64,000 nucleotides of DNA from Pseudomonadota bacterium (lineage in GTDB: Bacteria > Pseudomonadota > Gammaproteobacteria > UBA12402): the NCBI GenBank assembly GCA_039190005.1, contig JBCCYM010000001.1, positions 36,024 through 100,023 on the forward strand. Direction: 5' to 3'. The notes under the pieces were generated by a model that had not been told where the DNA came from, made no database searches, and saw only the letters and a program-made list of their open reading frames with translations. The stretch's first letter is position 1. Each line of letters starts with the position of its first letter. A program made the position numbers and the translations under genes. Below, in pieces: positions 50,566 through 61,226 of this stretch.

Positions 50566-51960
50566 ATGCGTAGGATCACAAAAAAATTAATTATTGTGGT
50601 AGGTACTTTGTTTGCAATTGCTAATGCTTCTAATGTGTTGGCAGAATATTATCCCTATACTACATATTTTGCTGTCGCTTGTGTTGCTGACTATGAAACA
50701 GTAGACACCTATGACGATAAAAATAATTATATAGCTGCTGCAGCTGCTTGTGAAGGTGGTGCTTCTACAGAAAGTCAAGACCAAGCAAATCAAAATGCCA
50801 TTAATAATGCAAACGCAAGTTGTGATACACTAATGGCTAAAAATAGTACAGGATATTTATCGGGTTGTGACCTTTCTCTGGATAGCTACGTGCATATTAC
50901 AATTGACGCTTACAATAATGATACATGTGTAGGTGCAGGTGCAGCTGTAGAAGATAATACAGGCACTACAGTAGTAGCTAAAGGGAACTTCGATGATGTT
51001 GATTCAACTATTGGTGATTCCATCAATGAATATAAACAACATCAATATGTCGAAATTATTTGTCCTCATACTACTAATGCTAATACTACCCCTATTTATT
51101 TTGCTATCGCTTGTGTTGCTGAATATACAAGTGAGGGTAAGGATGGGATGGGTGTTGCAGCGGTTTGTGAAGGTGGTGCTTCTACAGAAAGTCAAGACCA
51201 AGCAAATCAGAATGCACTTAATAATGCAAATGCGAGTTGTGATAAGCTAATTTCTCAAGGTACTGGTGGAGAGACACAGAGTTGTGGCCTGAATTCGAAG
51301 AACTATACCTATATTACTGCTGATGCTTACAATAATAATATATGTGTAGGTGCAGGCGCAGCTTTCGAAGAAGAAGGCAATAAAGGTGCCGCAGTCGTGG
51401 CCAAAGGAAGCTTATCTGATATTAGTTCAACTATTAATAATGGCCTTGGTGGTATAAATACACTCCATCAAGATGTGGAAGTTATTTGTCCCCACAATAA
51501 TACGGCAACAACAACTTATAACATGTCAAAAAATTTAAGTAAGTCATATACATTCTCGCATGATGTCAAAGGCAAAGATATAGTCTCGCTTAATGTCTAT
51601 CCGACAATGCAAAACACCTCGCTTTATATATCAGCAGGCGATGCGGCAACTAAAGATGTTGATGTTGTTGTAAGTAGTGTGATGACTGCTTATGTAGATA
51701 CTGATAAAAGCACTTGTTTAGCCAATATGCGTAAAGAGAAGAATGGTGATCTTATCGGCCATCCTGATAAATTACCTTGTACACTTGAACTAAAACCAAA
51801 AAATATTACTTCGAGTGATGTGGGTTATATTACGGTTAATCCATCAGTAAAGGGTAATGCGACACACTGGAATACAGAAAGTCGAATATTGCCGGTGAAT
51901 TTGTACAGTAATTATAACGATTATTTATTGTATCACGCTAATGAATCTGAATCGAAATAA
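50566..51960 (+). CDS. Secreted protein with a large internal tandem duplication (two ~140-aa Cys-containing repeats)
   Basis: Signal peptide. Repeats YFAVACVADYE...AAACEGGASTESQDQANQNAINNANASCD...DAYNNDTCVGAGAA...VEIICPH and YFAIACVAEYT...AAVCEGGASTESQDQANQNALNNANASCD...DAYNNNICVGAGAA...VEVICPH are near-identical at nucleotide level. Confidence 0.6.
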   Translation: MRRITKKLIIVVGTLFAIANASNVLAEYYPYTTYFAVACVADYETVDTYDDKNNYIAAAAACEGGASTESQDQANQNAINNANASCDTLMAKNSTGYLSGCDLSLDSYVHITIDAYNNDTCVGAGAAVEDNTGTTVVAKGNFDDVDSTIGDSINEYKQHQYVEIICPHTTNANTTPIYFAIACVAEYTSEGKDGMGVAAVCEGGASTESQDQANQNALNNANASCDKLISQGTGGETQSCGLNSKNYTYITADAYNNNICVGAGAAFEEEGNKGAAVVAKGSLSDISSTINNGLGGINTLHQDVEVICPHNNTATTTYNMSKNLSKSYTFSHDVKGKDIVSLNVYPTMQNTSLYISAGDAATKDVDVVVSSVMTAYVDTDKSTCLANMRKEKNGDLIGHPDKLPCTLELKPKNITSSDVGYITVNPSVKGNATHWNTESRILPVNLYSNYNDYLLYHANESESK

Positions 51961-51991
51961 AGATTGATACACGGGTAGGTTTTTTTGGATG

Positions 51992-52040
51992 CCGACATCA
52001 GTATAAAAGGACAACTCCTGATGTCGGGGTTTCTTTACTT
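51992..52040 (+). terminator. Hairpin terminator module (copy A)
   Basis: ccgacatcag-N16-ctgatgtcgg followed by a T-rich tail. Near-identical to the module at 53841-53890. Confidence 0.55.
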
Positions 52041-52150
52041 GCTTATTGATGTGTTGACTTACAAAACCTATCCAGTATGAGATGTTGGCTTTCTATAGCA
52101 ATGCAGGATCGCTTCCAAATACGCTTTTCTTGCATTTTGACCCATGGCGA

Positions 52151-52167
52151 CCCCCCCTTTTTTTTTT
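52151..52167. repeat. Homopolymeric C7-T10 tract in the upstream region of the 52400 gene
   Basis: cccccccttttttttttattttt lies about 235 bp upstream of the start codon. It is a candidate slipped-strand site. Confidence 0.6.
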
Positions 52168-52399
52168 ATTTTTCTTCTTCGGTTACTTTTTTTATGAGGA
52201 AATTCGTGTCGCGTATTTAATTAAAAAAACATCGAATAATTGTAGGGATTGTTGCAATTTGGCAAATTCGTCGTTTCCGCGGAGGCGGGAATCCAGTTAT
52301 TTCAAGCAGTTATACTGCTTGAAATCATAAAATAATTCAGATTGCAACAGTCTCTTGTACTATAATTAGATCGAATTATTAAGTTTAAGAGGCGTCGTT

Positions 52400-53821
52400 A
52401 TGAACAAGAAATTATTTTTAGTGTCAACAACTTTTGTTACGCTTATGCTGAGTTCTGGTGCATATGCACAAGATAGTTTGTTTCTTCCTAAAGATGGGTT
52501 TAGTGATTTGCAAAGTGTTAAAGCAACCGTCGATTTGAGCCCAGATATTATGCACCCGGGCAAGGTGGGACGTTTGACAGTTAAACTACCTACCAATGCT
52601 AGCGAAGACAGAACTTTTACATTTACAACTGATTCTAATTTACATTTTTTCCCTCATAATTCTTGTACAATTTCTACTGGTGATAAAACGTGTAGCGTAT
52701 TTGTATCTGCGGGGTTTAAGAATATTGTTGGCGAGCATACGATTAAAGTTACCACAGCTGAAGGTTCAATCACAAACCCTGAGCTTAAACTTACTGTTAA
52801 TGCAAATGTGGCTACGAAACTTTATTTAGGTAGCATTGACCAGAACACTTCACCTATCTTGGAGTGTAATATATCAGATAACGGTCCACAACTTAGTTCA
52901 TGTAACGCATTGGACCTCAGTTCTATAGTAGGAAATAATAATCAAACGGCACTAACAGGTGGAGCTCTTCTTACTGCTTCGAACGAAACGACGTATCTTT
53001 ATCTTTCTGGAGTAAGTGGGGAAAATGGGCGTCAAATGGTGAGATGCCAAATCACAGCACATGGTGTAACTGCTGATACATGTAAAATATTAAACATAAC
53101 GGATGTGGATAAGCCTATGCACATAGCGTTTAATACATTTACAACAAGTAGTAGTTCAACTACATATGCCTATATTTCTAATGATAGCAAATACATATAC
53201 CAATGTACTGTAGATGAACAAGGTGAAATAAATAACTGTACGATCCAAGCTGATGGTGAATTTGTAAATGCAGCTGGCCTTGATACAAAAACACTTGCCG
53301 GTACTACATATATTTATGTAGGTAATGGTAGTAATAGTGTCAATTATATTACTAGATGTACTTTAAACAGTGGAACTGGCGAATTGAGTGATTGTACTCA
53401 TCTTGATGGCGGCGGTAAAATTTTTATAAGTCCTGGACATCTTACAGTAAATCATATTTCTGAAAACCTTTACGTTGCAAATGTTGATGAGCAAAACGCA
53501 GGAAATAATAATATAGTAGCTTGTAGTCTCAATAATAATGGAGAGCTAACTGATTGTACAGTTGTAAGCGGTTTAGCTGTTGTTTATCCGGGTAATATCG
53601 TGCCAACTAATGTTAATATCGACGGAAATGATTCTGTATTTTTGTACGTGGGTAATCAGTCATCTCAAAAATCATCAGCGGACATGGGAACTATTAGAGG
53701 TTGTCAGTTGTTGAGTGATAAATTACTATCTTGTAATAGTTATGGTGATACTGTAGATATAAAAATTAGCGATCTTGACAGTAGTTTTACAGGTGGCGTT
53801 GATGGTATAATAGCGTATTAA
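52400..53821 (+). CDS. Secreted protein with iterated Cys-bracketed repeats (beta-propeller-like)
   Basis: Signal peptide MNKKLFLVSTTFVTLMLSSGAYAQ. About 7 iterations of a [YLYV/YIYV]-x-N...C-x-[LI]-x(3-5)-G-x-[LI]-x-[DS]-C-[TN/K] pattern (LSSCN, TADTCK, INNCT, LSDCT, LTDCT, LLSCN). Confidence 0.55.
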   Translation: MNKKLFLVSTTFVTLMLSSGAYAQDSLFLPKDGFSDLQSVKATVDLSPDIMHPGKVGRLTVKLPTNASEDRTFTFTTDSNLHFFPHNSCTISTGDKTCSVFVSAGFKNIVGEHTIKVTTAEGSITNPELKLTVNANVATKLYLGSIDQNTSPILECNISDNGPQLSSCNALDLSSIVGNNNQTALTGGALLTASNETTYLYLSGVSGENGRQMVRCQITAHGVTADTCKILNITDVDKPMHIAFNTFTTSSSSTTYAYISNDSKYIYQCTVDEQGEINNCTIQADGEFVNAAGLDTKTLAGTTYIYVGNGSNSVNYITRCTLNSGTGELSDCTHLDGGGKIFISPGHLTVNHISENLYVANVDEQNAGNNNIVACSLNNNGELTDCTVVSGLAVVYPGNIVPTNVNIDGNDSVFLYVGNQSSQKSSADMGTIRGCQLLSDKLLSCNSYGDTVDIKISDLDSSFTGGVDGIIAY

Positions 53822-53840
53822 TTCTTTTTTCTAATATATA

Positions 53841-53890
53841 CCGACATCAGGATAAAAGGACAACTCCTGGTGTCGGAATTTTTTTATTTG
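53841..53890. terminator. Bidirectional hairpin terminator module (copy B) between convergent genes
   Basis: ccgacatcagg-N16-cctggtgtcgg followed by aattttttta. It lies between the + strand gene ending at 53821 and the - strand fba ending at 53895. Confidence 0.65.
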
Positions 53891-53894
53891 CTTA

Positions 53895-54932
53895 TCAATA
53901 CTGCCGACTCATTTCTTCCACAGAAAAAACACGCTTGATTTTCGACGCTTGACCGGCTGAGCCGAAAGCTTCAAAGCGGGCTTTGCAGATTTCTTTCATC
54001 GCTTCTTTGGCGGCACCAAGGTATTTGCGTGGATCGAATTCTTTTGGATGCTCAGCAAAGTAACGACGCGTCGCGCCTGTCGCGGCTAAACGCAGATCCG
54101 TATCAATATTCACTTTACGCACACCGTGTTTAATGCCTTCTTGGATTTCTTCAACCGGTACACCATAGGTTTCACCAATGGCGCCACCATATTGATCGAC
54201 TATTTTTAACCAATCTTGTGGCACCGAAGAAGAGCCGTGCATGACTAAATGGGTATTGGGAATTTTTGCATGTATGGCTTTGATGCGATCAATTGCCAGA
54301 ATGTCACCAGTAGGTGGACGGGTAAATTTATAGGCGCCGTGACTGGTGCCGATGGCAATGGCTAAGGCGTCCACTTGCGTTTGTTCAACAAAATCATGCG
54401 CTTGTTGCGGATCAGTCAATAATTGTTCACGATCAAGCTCACCCTCAGCGCCTGAGCCGTCTTCTTTGCCCGCTTTCATTGTTTCCAAAGAACCTAAACA
54501 GCCTAACTCACCTTCTACCGATACGCCACAAGCATGGGCCATACGCACCGCGAGCGCGGTGGTTTCAGCATTGTATTCATAACTTGCCGGTGTTTTAGCG
54601 TCTTCATGTAAGGAGCCATCCATCATCACCGATGTAAACCCTAATTGTATCGAGCGCTGACAAATTGCTGGCGAAGCGCCGTGATCTTGATGCATACAGA
54701 TGGGAATATGTGGCCATTCCGTGCTGGCGGCGACAATTAAATGTTTGATAAACGCTGAGCCGGCATATTTTCGCGCGCCGGCTGACGCTTGAATAATTAC
54801 CGGGCTATCCACTTCATCGGCCGCTTCCATAATGGCGCGTACTTGTTCTAAATTATTCGCGTTAAACGCGGGCATACCAAAATGTTGCTCGGCGGCATGA
54901 TCTAACAATTGTCTTAATGTAATTAAAGCCAT
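53895..54932 (-). CDS. fba: Class II fructose-bisphosphate aldolase
   Basis: Conserved Zn/active-site regions ([25 protein letters not shown]). 345 aa. Confidence 0.92.
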   Translation of the reverse strand: MALITLRQLLDHAAEQHFGMPAFNANNLEQVRAIMEAADEVDSPVIIQASAGARKYAGSAFIKHLIVAASTEWPHIPICMHQDHGASPAICQRSIQLGFTSVMMDGSLHEDAKTPASYEYNAETTALAVRMAHACGVSVEGELGCLGSLETMKAGKEDGSGAEGELDREQLLTDPQQAHDFVEQTQVDALAIAIGTSHGAYKFTRPPTGDILAIDRIKAIHAKIPNTHLVMHGSSSVPQDWLKIVDQYGGAIGETYGVPVEEIQEGIKHGVRKVNIDTDLRLAATGATRRYFAEHPKEFDPRKYLGAAKEAMKEICKARFEAFGSAGQASKIKRVFSVEEMSRQY

Positions 54933-54949
54933 TTCAATTCCTCACTTAG

Positions 54950-56422
54950 TTATGATTGATTTTCATCTTGACCAACACGATAAATTTTAACCAAATTCGT
55001 TGTGCCAGCCCCTTGATCGCCTTTGGTAATTAACACTAAATCACCATGGTGTAAAATATCGCGATCCGTCAGTATTCGGACCGCTTCTTTGTTGATGTGA
55101 TCGCGAGATACCGCGTTCATATCAAAATAAAATGGATACACGCCGCGATAAAGACAAACGCGCCGCGCGGTTTCTTCATGATGCGTTAGGGCGAAAATCG
55201 GTGTGCCACTGCGGATGCGTGACATCCACAACGGCGTTGAGCCGGTTTCAGTCAAGGAGACAATGGCTTTAATATCGAGATGGTTGGCAATATAGACAGC
55301 CGACATGGCAATGGCTTCATCAATGCGGTTGAAATGCGCGTCCATCCGGTGGGTTGATATTTTTGTTTCCGGCTGTTTTTCTGTGCCTAAACAGATGTCC
55401 GACATCGCTTTTACCACTAAAGCCGGGTGTTTGCCAGTCGCTGTTTCCGCGGAGAGCATGACCGCGTCGGTCGCGTCAAGCACGGCATTGGCGACATCAA
55501 ACACTTCAGCCCGTGTTGGAATAGTGTTTTCTATCATGGTTTCCATCATTTGCGTGGCCGTAATCACGGGTTTATTCAGCAAGCGTGCCTGGTGAATAAT
55601 CCGCTTTTGTACCGCCGGTAATTCAGTGTCGCCAATTTCAACCCCTAAATCACCGCGCGCTACCATGACCGCGTCGGATACCTCAATAATTTCATCAATA
55701 ACCGGCACGGCTTCCGCGCGTTCAATTTTGGCAATGACACCGGCTTTACCGCCAGCTTCTTTGATCAGCTGTTTAGCGTATGTCATATCTTCAGCGCTGC
55801 GCGGAAAGGAAATAGCAATGTAATCAACATGTAAGGCAACCGCGGTTTTTAAATCTGTTTTATCTTTTTCAGTCAGCGCTTCGGCGGTTAAACCACCACC
55901 TTGGCGGTTGATGCCTTTATGGTCGGAAAGTTTGCCGCCGACAATGACAGTGCAGATAATTTCACTGTCTTTAACTGCTGTTACTTTAAACACAAGACGA
56001 CCATCATCCAGCAACAAGGTGTCACCAGTACGAACATCATCAATGAGTTTTTTATAGGTAATGCCCACCCGTTGTTGATCGCCGGCATGATCATCGAGCT
56101 TGGCGTCGAGAATAAATTCCGCGCCTACTTCGAGATGAATGGTGCCATCTTTAAACGCGGCGATACGGATTTTGGGACCTTGTAGATCAGCAAAAACAGC
56201 CACATGGCGATTCAGTTTCTTGGCAATTTCTCTAACAGCTTCAATGCGTTTTTGATGATCTTCAGCCGTGCCATGCGAGAAATTGGCGCGAAATACATTG
56301 GCACCAGCGGCAATGGTTTTCTCAAGTACGCCAGGGTCATCCAAAGATGGTCCCATGGTCACCACAATTTTGGTGCGGCGCCAGGTATTGGTTGTCATAT
56401 TGGTATTTGCCATTTCAGTCAT
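54950..56422 (-). CDS. pyk: Pyruvate kinase
   Basis: RRTKIVVTMGPS, FRANFSHG, MVARGDLGVEI. Start trimmed to MTEMANT to avoid overlap with pgk. Confidence 0.9.
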   Translation of the reverse strand: MTEMANTNMTTNTWRRTKIVVTMGPSLDDPGVLEKTIAAGANVFRANFSHGTAEDHQKRIEAVREIAKKLNRHVAVFADLQGPKIRIAAFKDGTIHLEVGAEFILDAKLDDHAGDQQRVGITYKKLIDDVRTGDTLLLDDGRLVFKVTAVKDSEIICTVIVGGKLSDHKGINRQGGGLTAEALTEKDKTDLKTAVALHVDYIAISFPRSAEDMTYAKQLIKEAGGKAGVIAKIERAEAVPVIDEIIEVSDAVMVARGDLGVEIGDTELPAVQKRIIHQARLLNKPVITATQMMETMIENTIPTRAEVFDVANAVLDATDAVMLSAETATGKHPALVVKAMSDICLGTEKQPETKISTHRMDAHFNRIDEAIAMSAVYIANHLDIKAIVSLTETGSTPLWMSRIRSGTPIFALTHHEETARRVCLYRGVYPFYFDMNAVSRDHINKEAVRILTDRDILHHGDLVLITKGDQGAGTTNLVKIYRVGQDENQS

Positions 56423-56435
56423 GGTGTTCTGCCTC

Positions 56436-57614
56436 TTAGTTTGCTTGTTTTTGTTGCAATGCTTCGATGGCTGGTAATGTTTCACCTTGTAGACAAGCTA
56501 AAAACGCGCCACCACCGGTTGAAATATAAGATACTTTATCAGCGATATTATATTTTTCAATGGCCGCTAGTGTATCACCGCCACCGGCGATTGAAAAGGC
56601 TTTGCTTTCGGCAATGGCCGCGGCAATGGCTTTGGTGCCGCCGCCGAATTGATCGATTTCAAAAACACCTACCGGTCCATTCCATAAAATAGTACCAGCG
56701 TTTTTAATGATTTTGGCAAATTCTTTTCGTGTTTTCTCACCGATGTCTAATATTTTTTCATCATCGGCAATATTGCTGATAGGTTGATCGTAAGCTTCAG
56801 CATTGGCTGAGCAGTCTCTGGCGACGATCACGTCACTCGGCAGTGGAATAGATTTGCCGGTTTGTTTTGCCAGGGCGACCAGGCGCTCCGCTTCGTCAAT
56901 AAAATCTTCTTCACAAAGTGAGCCACCAACATGATGACCTTCAGCTAAGATAAACGTATTGGCAATACCACCGCCGACAATCAGGGTATCCACTTTTTCA
57001 ATTAATGCATTCAGCACTTTTAATTTTGTCGATACTTTTGAGCCAGCAACAATTGCGACGACAGGTTTTTTAGGTGATTTAAGCGCTTTATCAATCGCGG
57101 TGATTTCCCGTTCTAAAAGTGGACCGGCACAAGCTTGAGGCGCGAATTGAGCGACACCATAAGTGGATGCTTCTTTACGATGCGCTGTCGCGAAAGCGTC
57201 CATCACATAAACATCACAAAGCGCGGCCATTTTTTTGGCGAGCGCTTCATCATTTGCTTTTTCGCCGACATTAAAACGCACATTTTCGCACAGCACCACA
57301 TCACCCTCATCAACGGTGACACCATCAAGCCAATTTTCAATTAAGGGAACGTCTTTACCCAGTAATTCAGACAGCCGTTTGGCCACCGGCGCCAGCGAAA
57401 AATCCTCATTATAATCGCCTTCCTGTGGTCGCCCCAAATGTGACATAATCATGACCTTGGCTTTGGCTGACAGTAATGTCTTAATGGTTGGTAGTGCTGC
57501 TTGAATACGGGTATCACTGGTGATTACCCCTTTTTTCATGGGTACATTCAAGTCCTCGCGTATCAGCACGCGTTTTCCTTTAAGATTCAGTTCATTCATT
57601 GTCATAATCTTCAT
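56436..57614 (-). CDS. pgk: Phosphoglycerate kinase
   Basis: N-terminal [13 protein letters not shown] and the hinge/ATP-binding motifs. 392 aa. Confidence 0.92.
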   Translation of the reverse strand: MKIMTMNELNLKGKRVLIREDLNVPMKKGVITSDTRIQAALPTIKTLLSAKAKVMIMSHLGRPQEGDYNEDFSLAPVAKRLSELLGKDVPLIENWLDGVTVDEGDVVLCENVRFNVGEKANDEALAKKMAALCDVYVMDAFATAHRKEASTYGVAQFAPQACAGPLLEREITAIDKALKSPKKPVVAIVAGSKVSTKLKVLNALIEKVDTLIVGGGIANTFILAEGHHVGGSLCEEDFIDEAERLVALAKQTGKSIPLPSDVIVARDCSANAEAYDQPISNIADDEKILDIGEKTRKEFAKIIKNAGTILWNGPVGVFEIDQFGGGTKAIAAAIAESKAFSIAGGGDTLAAIEKYNIADKVSYISTGGGAFLACLQGETLPAIEALQQKQAN

Positions 57615-57635
57615 AAGTTAACCCCCTAAATATAG

Positions 57636-58940
57636 TCATTTTCGATCAGTATTGTTACGATAACTCGGTTGATATTGGAGTGCAAGAAAAAACCACACCA
57701 CCAGCATCATAATGCCACTGATCGCCAGCGGCATCACAATATCATAACTGGCAACAATACTGCCGATAATCGAAATTGGAATACTGGCAAAAGCATATAT
57801 CGAGGCTAAAATGCCAAATACATGCCCTTCATTAGCGGGTGTTGTCTCGTTGGCAACTACAGCATTAAAACAGGGCATAAAAATAATAATAGCTAGCATA
57901 TAGACAAGTCGGAATAGATACACTTGCCACTCGGTTCTTGATAAGCCCAGTAATAATAAAAATATTGCCGCGACTATCAAACTTGGTTTAATGAGGCGTT
58001 CCGCGCGTATTGAACTGACTAATGGAAAAACCACAGTAATTTGCAATACCGCGTACATAATCCCTACAACAACGTATAAATGACCAATTTGTACTTCAGA
58101 AAAATTGACACTCCCTCTTAGGAAAGCGTTAAAAAACTGTATATAAAAAGCAAAACCAATGGAGAAGAGTGCCCACATTAAAAATAAAAAACGCACCTCA
58201 GCCATATAAAAAGCCTGTATGATATTATTAATACCTATCATCCAAGTCAGTTTATTTTCTTGACGCGTCTGATTCATATTGCGTTGAAAGCGATAGGTTT
58301 GTAACTGCGTTTCAGAAACTGTCTCGCGGAAAAGCGCCATCAATAGTATGACAATAATAAGATTGACAATGGATAAAATATAAAAAGGGGTGCTATATGA
58401 AAACCAGCCCACCAGTTTGGCATCGATGAGATGAGAACCGAGCATGGGGCCGATAATTGAACCAGCACCAATGCCGATTTCCAATAAATTAAAGTGAACG
58501 GTTCTCGATTTATTTTGACTAATATCGGCAAAACTAGCTTGCGCAATCGATAGATTGGCGGCAAATAAACCGGTGATCAAGCGGCTGATAAATAGCAGGG
58601 CTAAAGAGCCAGCGTTAATCGCGACACCGCTCAAAAAAATGCCGCAAAATGTGCCGGAAGTGGTAATAATTAAGCCTTTGCGTCGTCCCCACTGATCAGA
58701 AAATTTACCGAGAACAGGTGCGGCAAGAAATTGTCCGGCATAGGTTATAGCAAACAACAAACCTAGTATAATAAAACGTTCGTGGCGGTTATAGATGCTG
58801 ATAAAACTGTGCTTTGAGTCGACAAACAAAAACAGAATAGAGGTATAAACCACACCTATCGCTGAGTAATCGAGCGTTACAACGGCTACTAACAGTAATT
58901 TGTTAACAAAATAATTTTTTGCTTGCGCCGGTGATTTCAC
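57636..58940 (-). CDS. MFS transporter inserted within the glycolytic gene cluster
   Basis: 12 TM. MFS signature GKFSDQWGRRKG between TM2 and TM3. Confidence 0.75.
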   Translation of the reverse strand: MKSPAQAKNYFVNKLLLVAVVTLDYSAIGVVYTSILFLFVDSKHSFISIYNRHERFIILGLLFAITYAGQFLAAPVLGKFSDQWGRRKGLIITTSGTFCGIFLSGVAINAGSLALLFISRLITGLFAANLSIAQASFADISQNKSRTVHFNLLEIGIGAGSIIGPMLGSHLIDAKLVGWFSYSTPFYILSIVNLIIVILLMALFRETVSETQLQTYRFQRNMNQTRQENKLTWMIGINNIIQAFYMAEVRFLFLMWALFSIGFAFYIQFFNAFLRGSVNFSEVQIGHLYVVVGIMYAVLQITVVFPLVSSIRAERLIKPSLIVAAIFLLLLGLSRTEWQVYLFRLVYMLAIIIFMPCFNAVVANETTPANEGHVFGILASIYAFASIPISIIGSIVASYDIVMPLAISGIMMLVVWFFLALQYQPSYRNNTDRK

Positions 58941-59012
58941 TTCGCTGTGCCTGTGTAATCAATGCTGGTAAAGGTAAACACGCATCACGGTCGACAATAA
59001 CTTATACACTAA

Positions 59013-60020
59013 TTAGCTTGCCGACATCATTGCCAAACCAACATCAATCATGCGATTAGAAAAACCCCACTCATTATCATACCAAGACGATACTTTAACC
59101 ATGTTATCAATTACCCGTGTTAATTGACTGTCAACGGTTGAGGACATCGGCACATGATTAAAATCTATGGATACTAAGGCTTCATCAGTAAATCCTAATA
59201 CCCCTTTTAATTCATCATCAGCCGCGGCTTTTAAAATGCTGTTAACTTCTTCTACTGAAGTAGGACGAGCCGCTTCAAACGTTAAATCGACAAATGACAC
59301 ATTGGCGGTTGGTACGCGCACGGCAAAGCCATCTAAACGACCATTGAGCTCTGGTAAAACCAAACCGACCGCGGCGGCGGCACCGGTTTTGGTTGGAATC
59401 ATTGAGAGGCCAGCGGCACGCGCGCGACGAATATCTTTGTGAGGCGCGTCTTGGGTATTTTGATCATTGGTGTAAGCGTGAATTGTTGTCATCAGGCCTT
59501 TAACAATACCAAGTTTGTCCTGTAAAGGTTTTGCCAATGGCGCTAAACAGTTTGTCGTACAGGAAGCGTTGGAGACAATATTATCTGAGGCTTTGAGAAT
59601 GTGATGATTAACACCATATACCACCGTGGCATCAACATTTTTACCCGGCGCGGAAATAAGCACTTTTTTAGCGCCGGCATCCAAGTGTGCTGCCGCGTTG
59701 TGACCATCGGTGAAATGTCCGGTGCATTCATAAACCACATCAACGCCCATTTCTTGCCAAGGTAGATTTTTAGGATCACGTTCGCAGAGTACTCGAATCA
59801 AATCACCATTGATCAATAAACCATCATTTGTTGTTTCAACCTCGCCATGAAAGCGTCCATGAATTGAATCATATTGGAACAAATGCGCCAGTGTTTGCAC
59901 ATCAGTCATATCATTAACAGCAACAATTTCCATTTCTGAATGTCGATTGTATTCATATAAGGCTCTCAACACATTACGACCAATGCGACCAAAACCGTTA
60001 ATTGCTACTTTAATTGTCAT
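59013..60020 (-). CDS. gap: Glyceraldehyde-3-phosphate dehydrogenase
   Basis: [15 protein letters not shown]ossmann start with AGGAG RBS 8 nt upstream. SCTTNC active site. The track ORF is a spurious upstream extension. Confidence 0.92.
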   Translation of the reverse strand: MTIKVAINGFGRIGRNVLRALYEYNRHSEMEIVAVNDMTDVQTLAHLFQYDSIHGRFHGEVETTNDGLLINGDLIRVLCERDPKNLPWQEMGVDVVYECTGHFTDGHNAAAHLDAGAKKVLISAPGKNVDATVVYGVNHHILKASDNIVSNASCTTNCLAPLAKPLQDKLGIVKGLMTTIHAYTNDQNTQDAPHKDIRRARAAGLSMIPTKTGAAAAVGLVLPELNGRLDGFAVRVPTANVSFVDLTFEAARPTSVEEVNSILKAAADDELKGVLGFTDEALVSIDFNHVPMSSTVDSQLTRVIDNMVKVSSWYDNEWGFSNRMIDVGLAMMSAS

Positions 60021-60250
60021 TTGATTTTCTCCTGTTGTTTTAAATTTTACACTATTATAATCATGATACCATAAATAAATCAATGTTATAAATAAAAGAA
60101 CAAGATTTGCTTTAATATTTCACTCGCAAGCTTCAACAAAGAGGAAAATGTATGTCTGGTTTGATGAATAACTGGGGAATCATCCTGAGTTATATAGCAC
60201 TTTCCTAAGCTGTTGATACATTAATGACATCATAATTATTGTCCTTCGCG

Positions 60251-60273
60251 TGTTCCTGAGCTTGTCGAAAGGT
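60251..60273. repeat. Solo unit of the TCCTGAGC(C/T)TGTCGAA(A/G)GG repeat
   Basis: tgttcctgagcttgtcgaaaggt lies immediately 3' of the SDR gene. Confidence 0.6.
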
Positions 60274-60274
60274 A

Positions 60275-61069
60275 TTACTGTTTCTTCACATAATGACGCA
60301 AAATACGATACATCAATTGTGGAAATAATGCCTGCAAGCAGGACACCCATTTTAATTTTGCTGGAATAAAAAGATTTTGCCGTGAACTACCTAAGGCGGC
60401 AACAATTTTCTTGGCCACAGTGGCGGCATCCGATGTTGCTGGGCTGGGTTTAACAACAGCTGTTTTTTTATGGCTGCTGCCTAATGAGTTTTTTCGCAAA
60501 TGAGTGCCGCTCATCCAGCCCGGGAAAACCTGTAGCACGTTGATTTCTGGGACATCCAATCGCAAGGTATTGAAAAATCCCGTAGCCGCGTGTTTGCTGG
60601 CAACATAAGCGCTATGATTCGGTACGGCAATAAGCCCCTGAATTGAAGAGATTAATACGACCTGACCTTGAGATTTTTTTAGATACGCAAGCGCGTTGAG
60701 TGTGCAGTGGACTGGCGCGAAATAGTTGATTTGCATCAGTTCGTTAATCATTTGTTCATCAATGGTTTCGACATTCTGCCACATGCTCACGCCAGCATTG
60801 TTGATAAGCATGTCAATTTTACCGAATTGTTCAACGGCTGTGTTAATGAGCGTCGCGCAATGTTGGGATTGTTTCAAGTCACCAACATGGACGTGGATTT
60901 TTGATAAGCTGCTATGGCACTGCTCAACAGTTTGTCGCAGGCGTTCGGCATCACGACCATGGAGCAGTAATTTAACCGGATAACGGCTGAGTTTAATGGC
61001 TAATTCACGCCCTAAACCACTGGAAGCGCCAGTAATAATGATGACTTTGTCGTTTAAATGTTTATTCAT
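60275..61069 (-). CDS. Classical short-chain dehydrogenase/reductase (candidate acyl/alkyl-DHAP reductase)
   Basis: TGASSGLGRELA cofactor motif. NNAG. Catalytic Y-x3-K (YVASK). 264 aa. Flanked by CCTGAGCCTGTCGAAGGG repeat units on both sides. Confidence 0.75.
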   Translation of the reverse strand: MNKHLNDKVIIITGASSGLGRELAIKLSRYPVKLLLHGRDAERLRQTVEQCHSSLSKIHVHVGDLKQSQHCATLINTAVEQFGKIDMLINNAGVSMWQNVETIDEQMINELMQINYFAPVHCTLNALAYLKKSQGQVVLISSIQGLIAVPNHSAYVASKHAATGFFNTLRLDVPEINVLQVFPGWMSGTHLRKNSLGSSHKKTAVVKPSPATSDAATVAKKIVAALGSSRQNLFIPAKLKWVSCLQALFPQLMYRILRHYVKKQ

Positions 61070-61092
61070 ACCGATTGTGTTTCAAGATAGTA

Positions 61093-61205
61093 CCCTGAGC
61101 CTGTTGAAGGGCGGTTCCTGAGATCGTCGAAGGGTGGTTCCTGAGCCTGTCGAAGGACGGTCCCTGAGTTTATCGAAGGGTAGTCCCTGAGCTTGTCGAA
61201 GGGTT
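61093..61205. repeat. Five tandem ~21-bp units of the CCTGAGCCTGTCGAAGGGNGG repeat
   Basis: ccctgagcctgttgaagggcgg / ttcctgagatcgtcgaagggtgg / ttcctgagcctgtcgaaggacgg / tccctgagtttatcgaagggtag / tccctgagcttgtcgaagggtt. Confidence 0.85.
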
Positions 61206-61226
61206 TATTATTTATCATAATTATTA

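Noticed and set aside
54950-56485. Long N-terminal extensions of pyk; likewise gap (to 60083), mutT (from 24804), the HD dNTPase (from 7038), yidC (from 45170) and the TTG start of ddl at 11723
   Set aside because: The upstream extensions overlap neighbouring genes or lack an RBS. Internal ATGs give N-termini matching the conserved family starts ([15 protein letters not shown] for gap, MKETV directly after the secA stop, and so on).
61093-61205. Possible CRISPR or minisatellite
   Set aside because: Five contiguous ~21-bp degenerate units without spacers. The motif is the same as in the dispersed repeat family.
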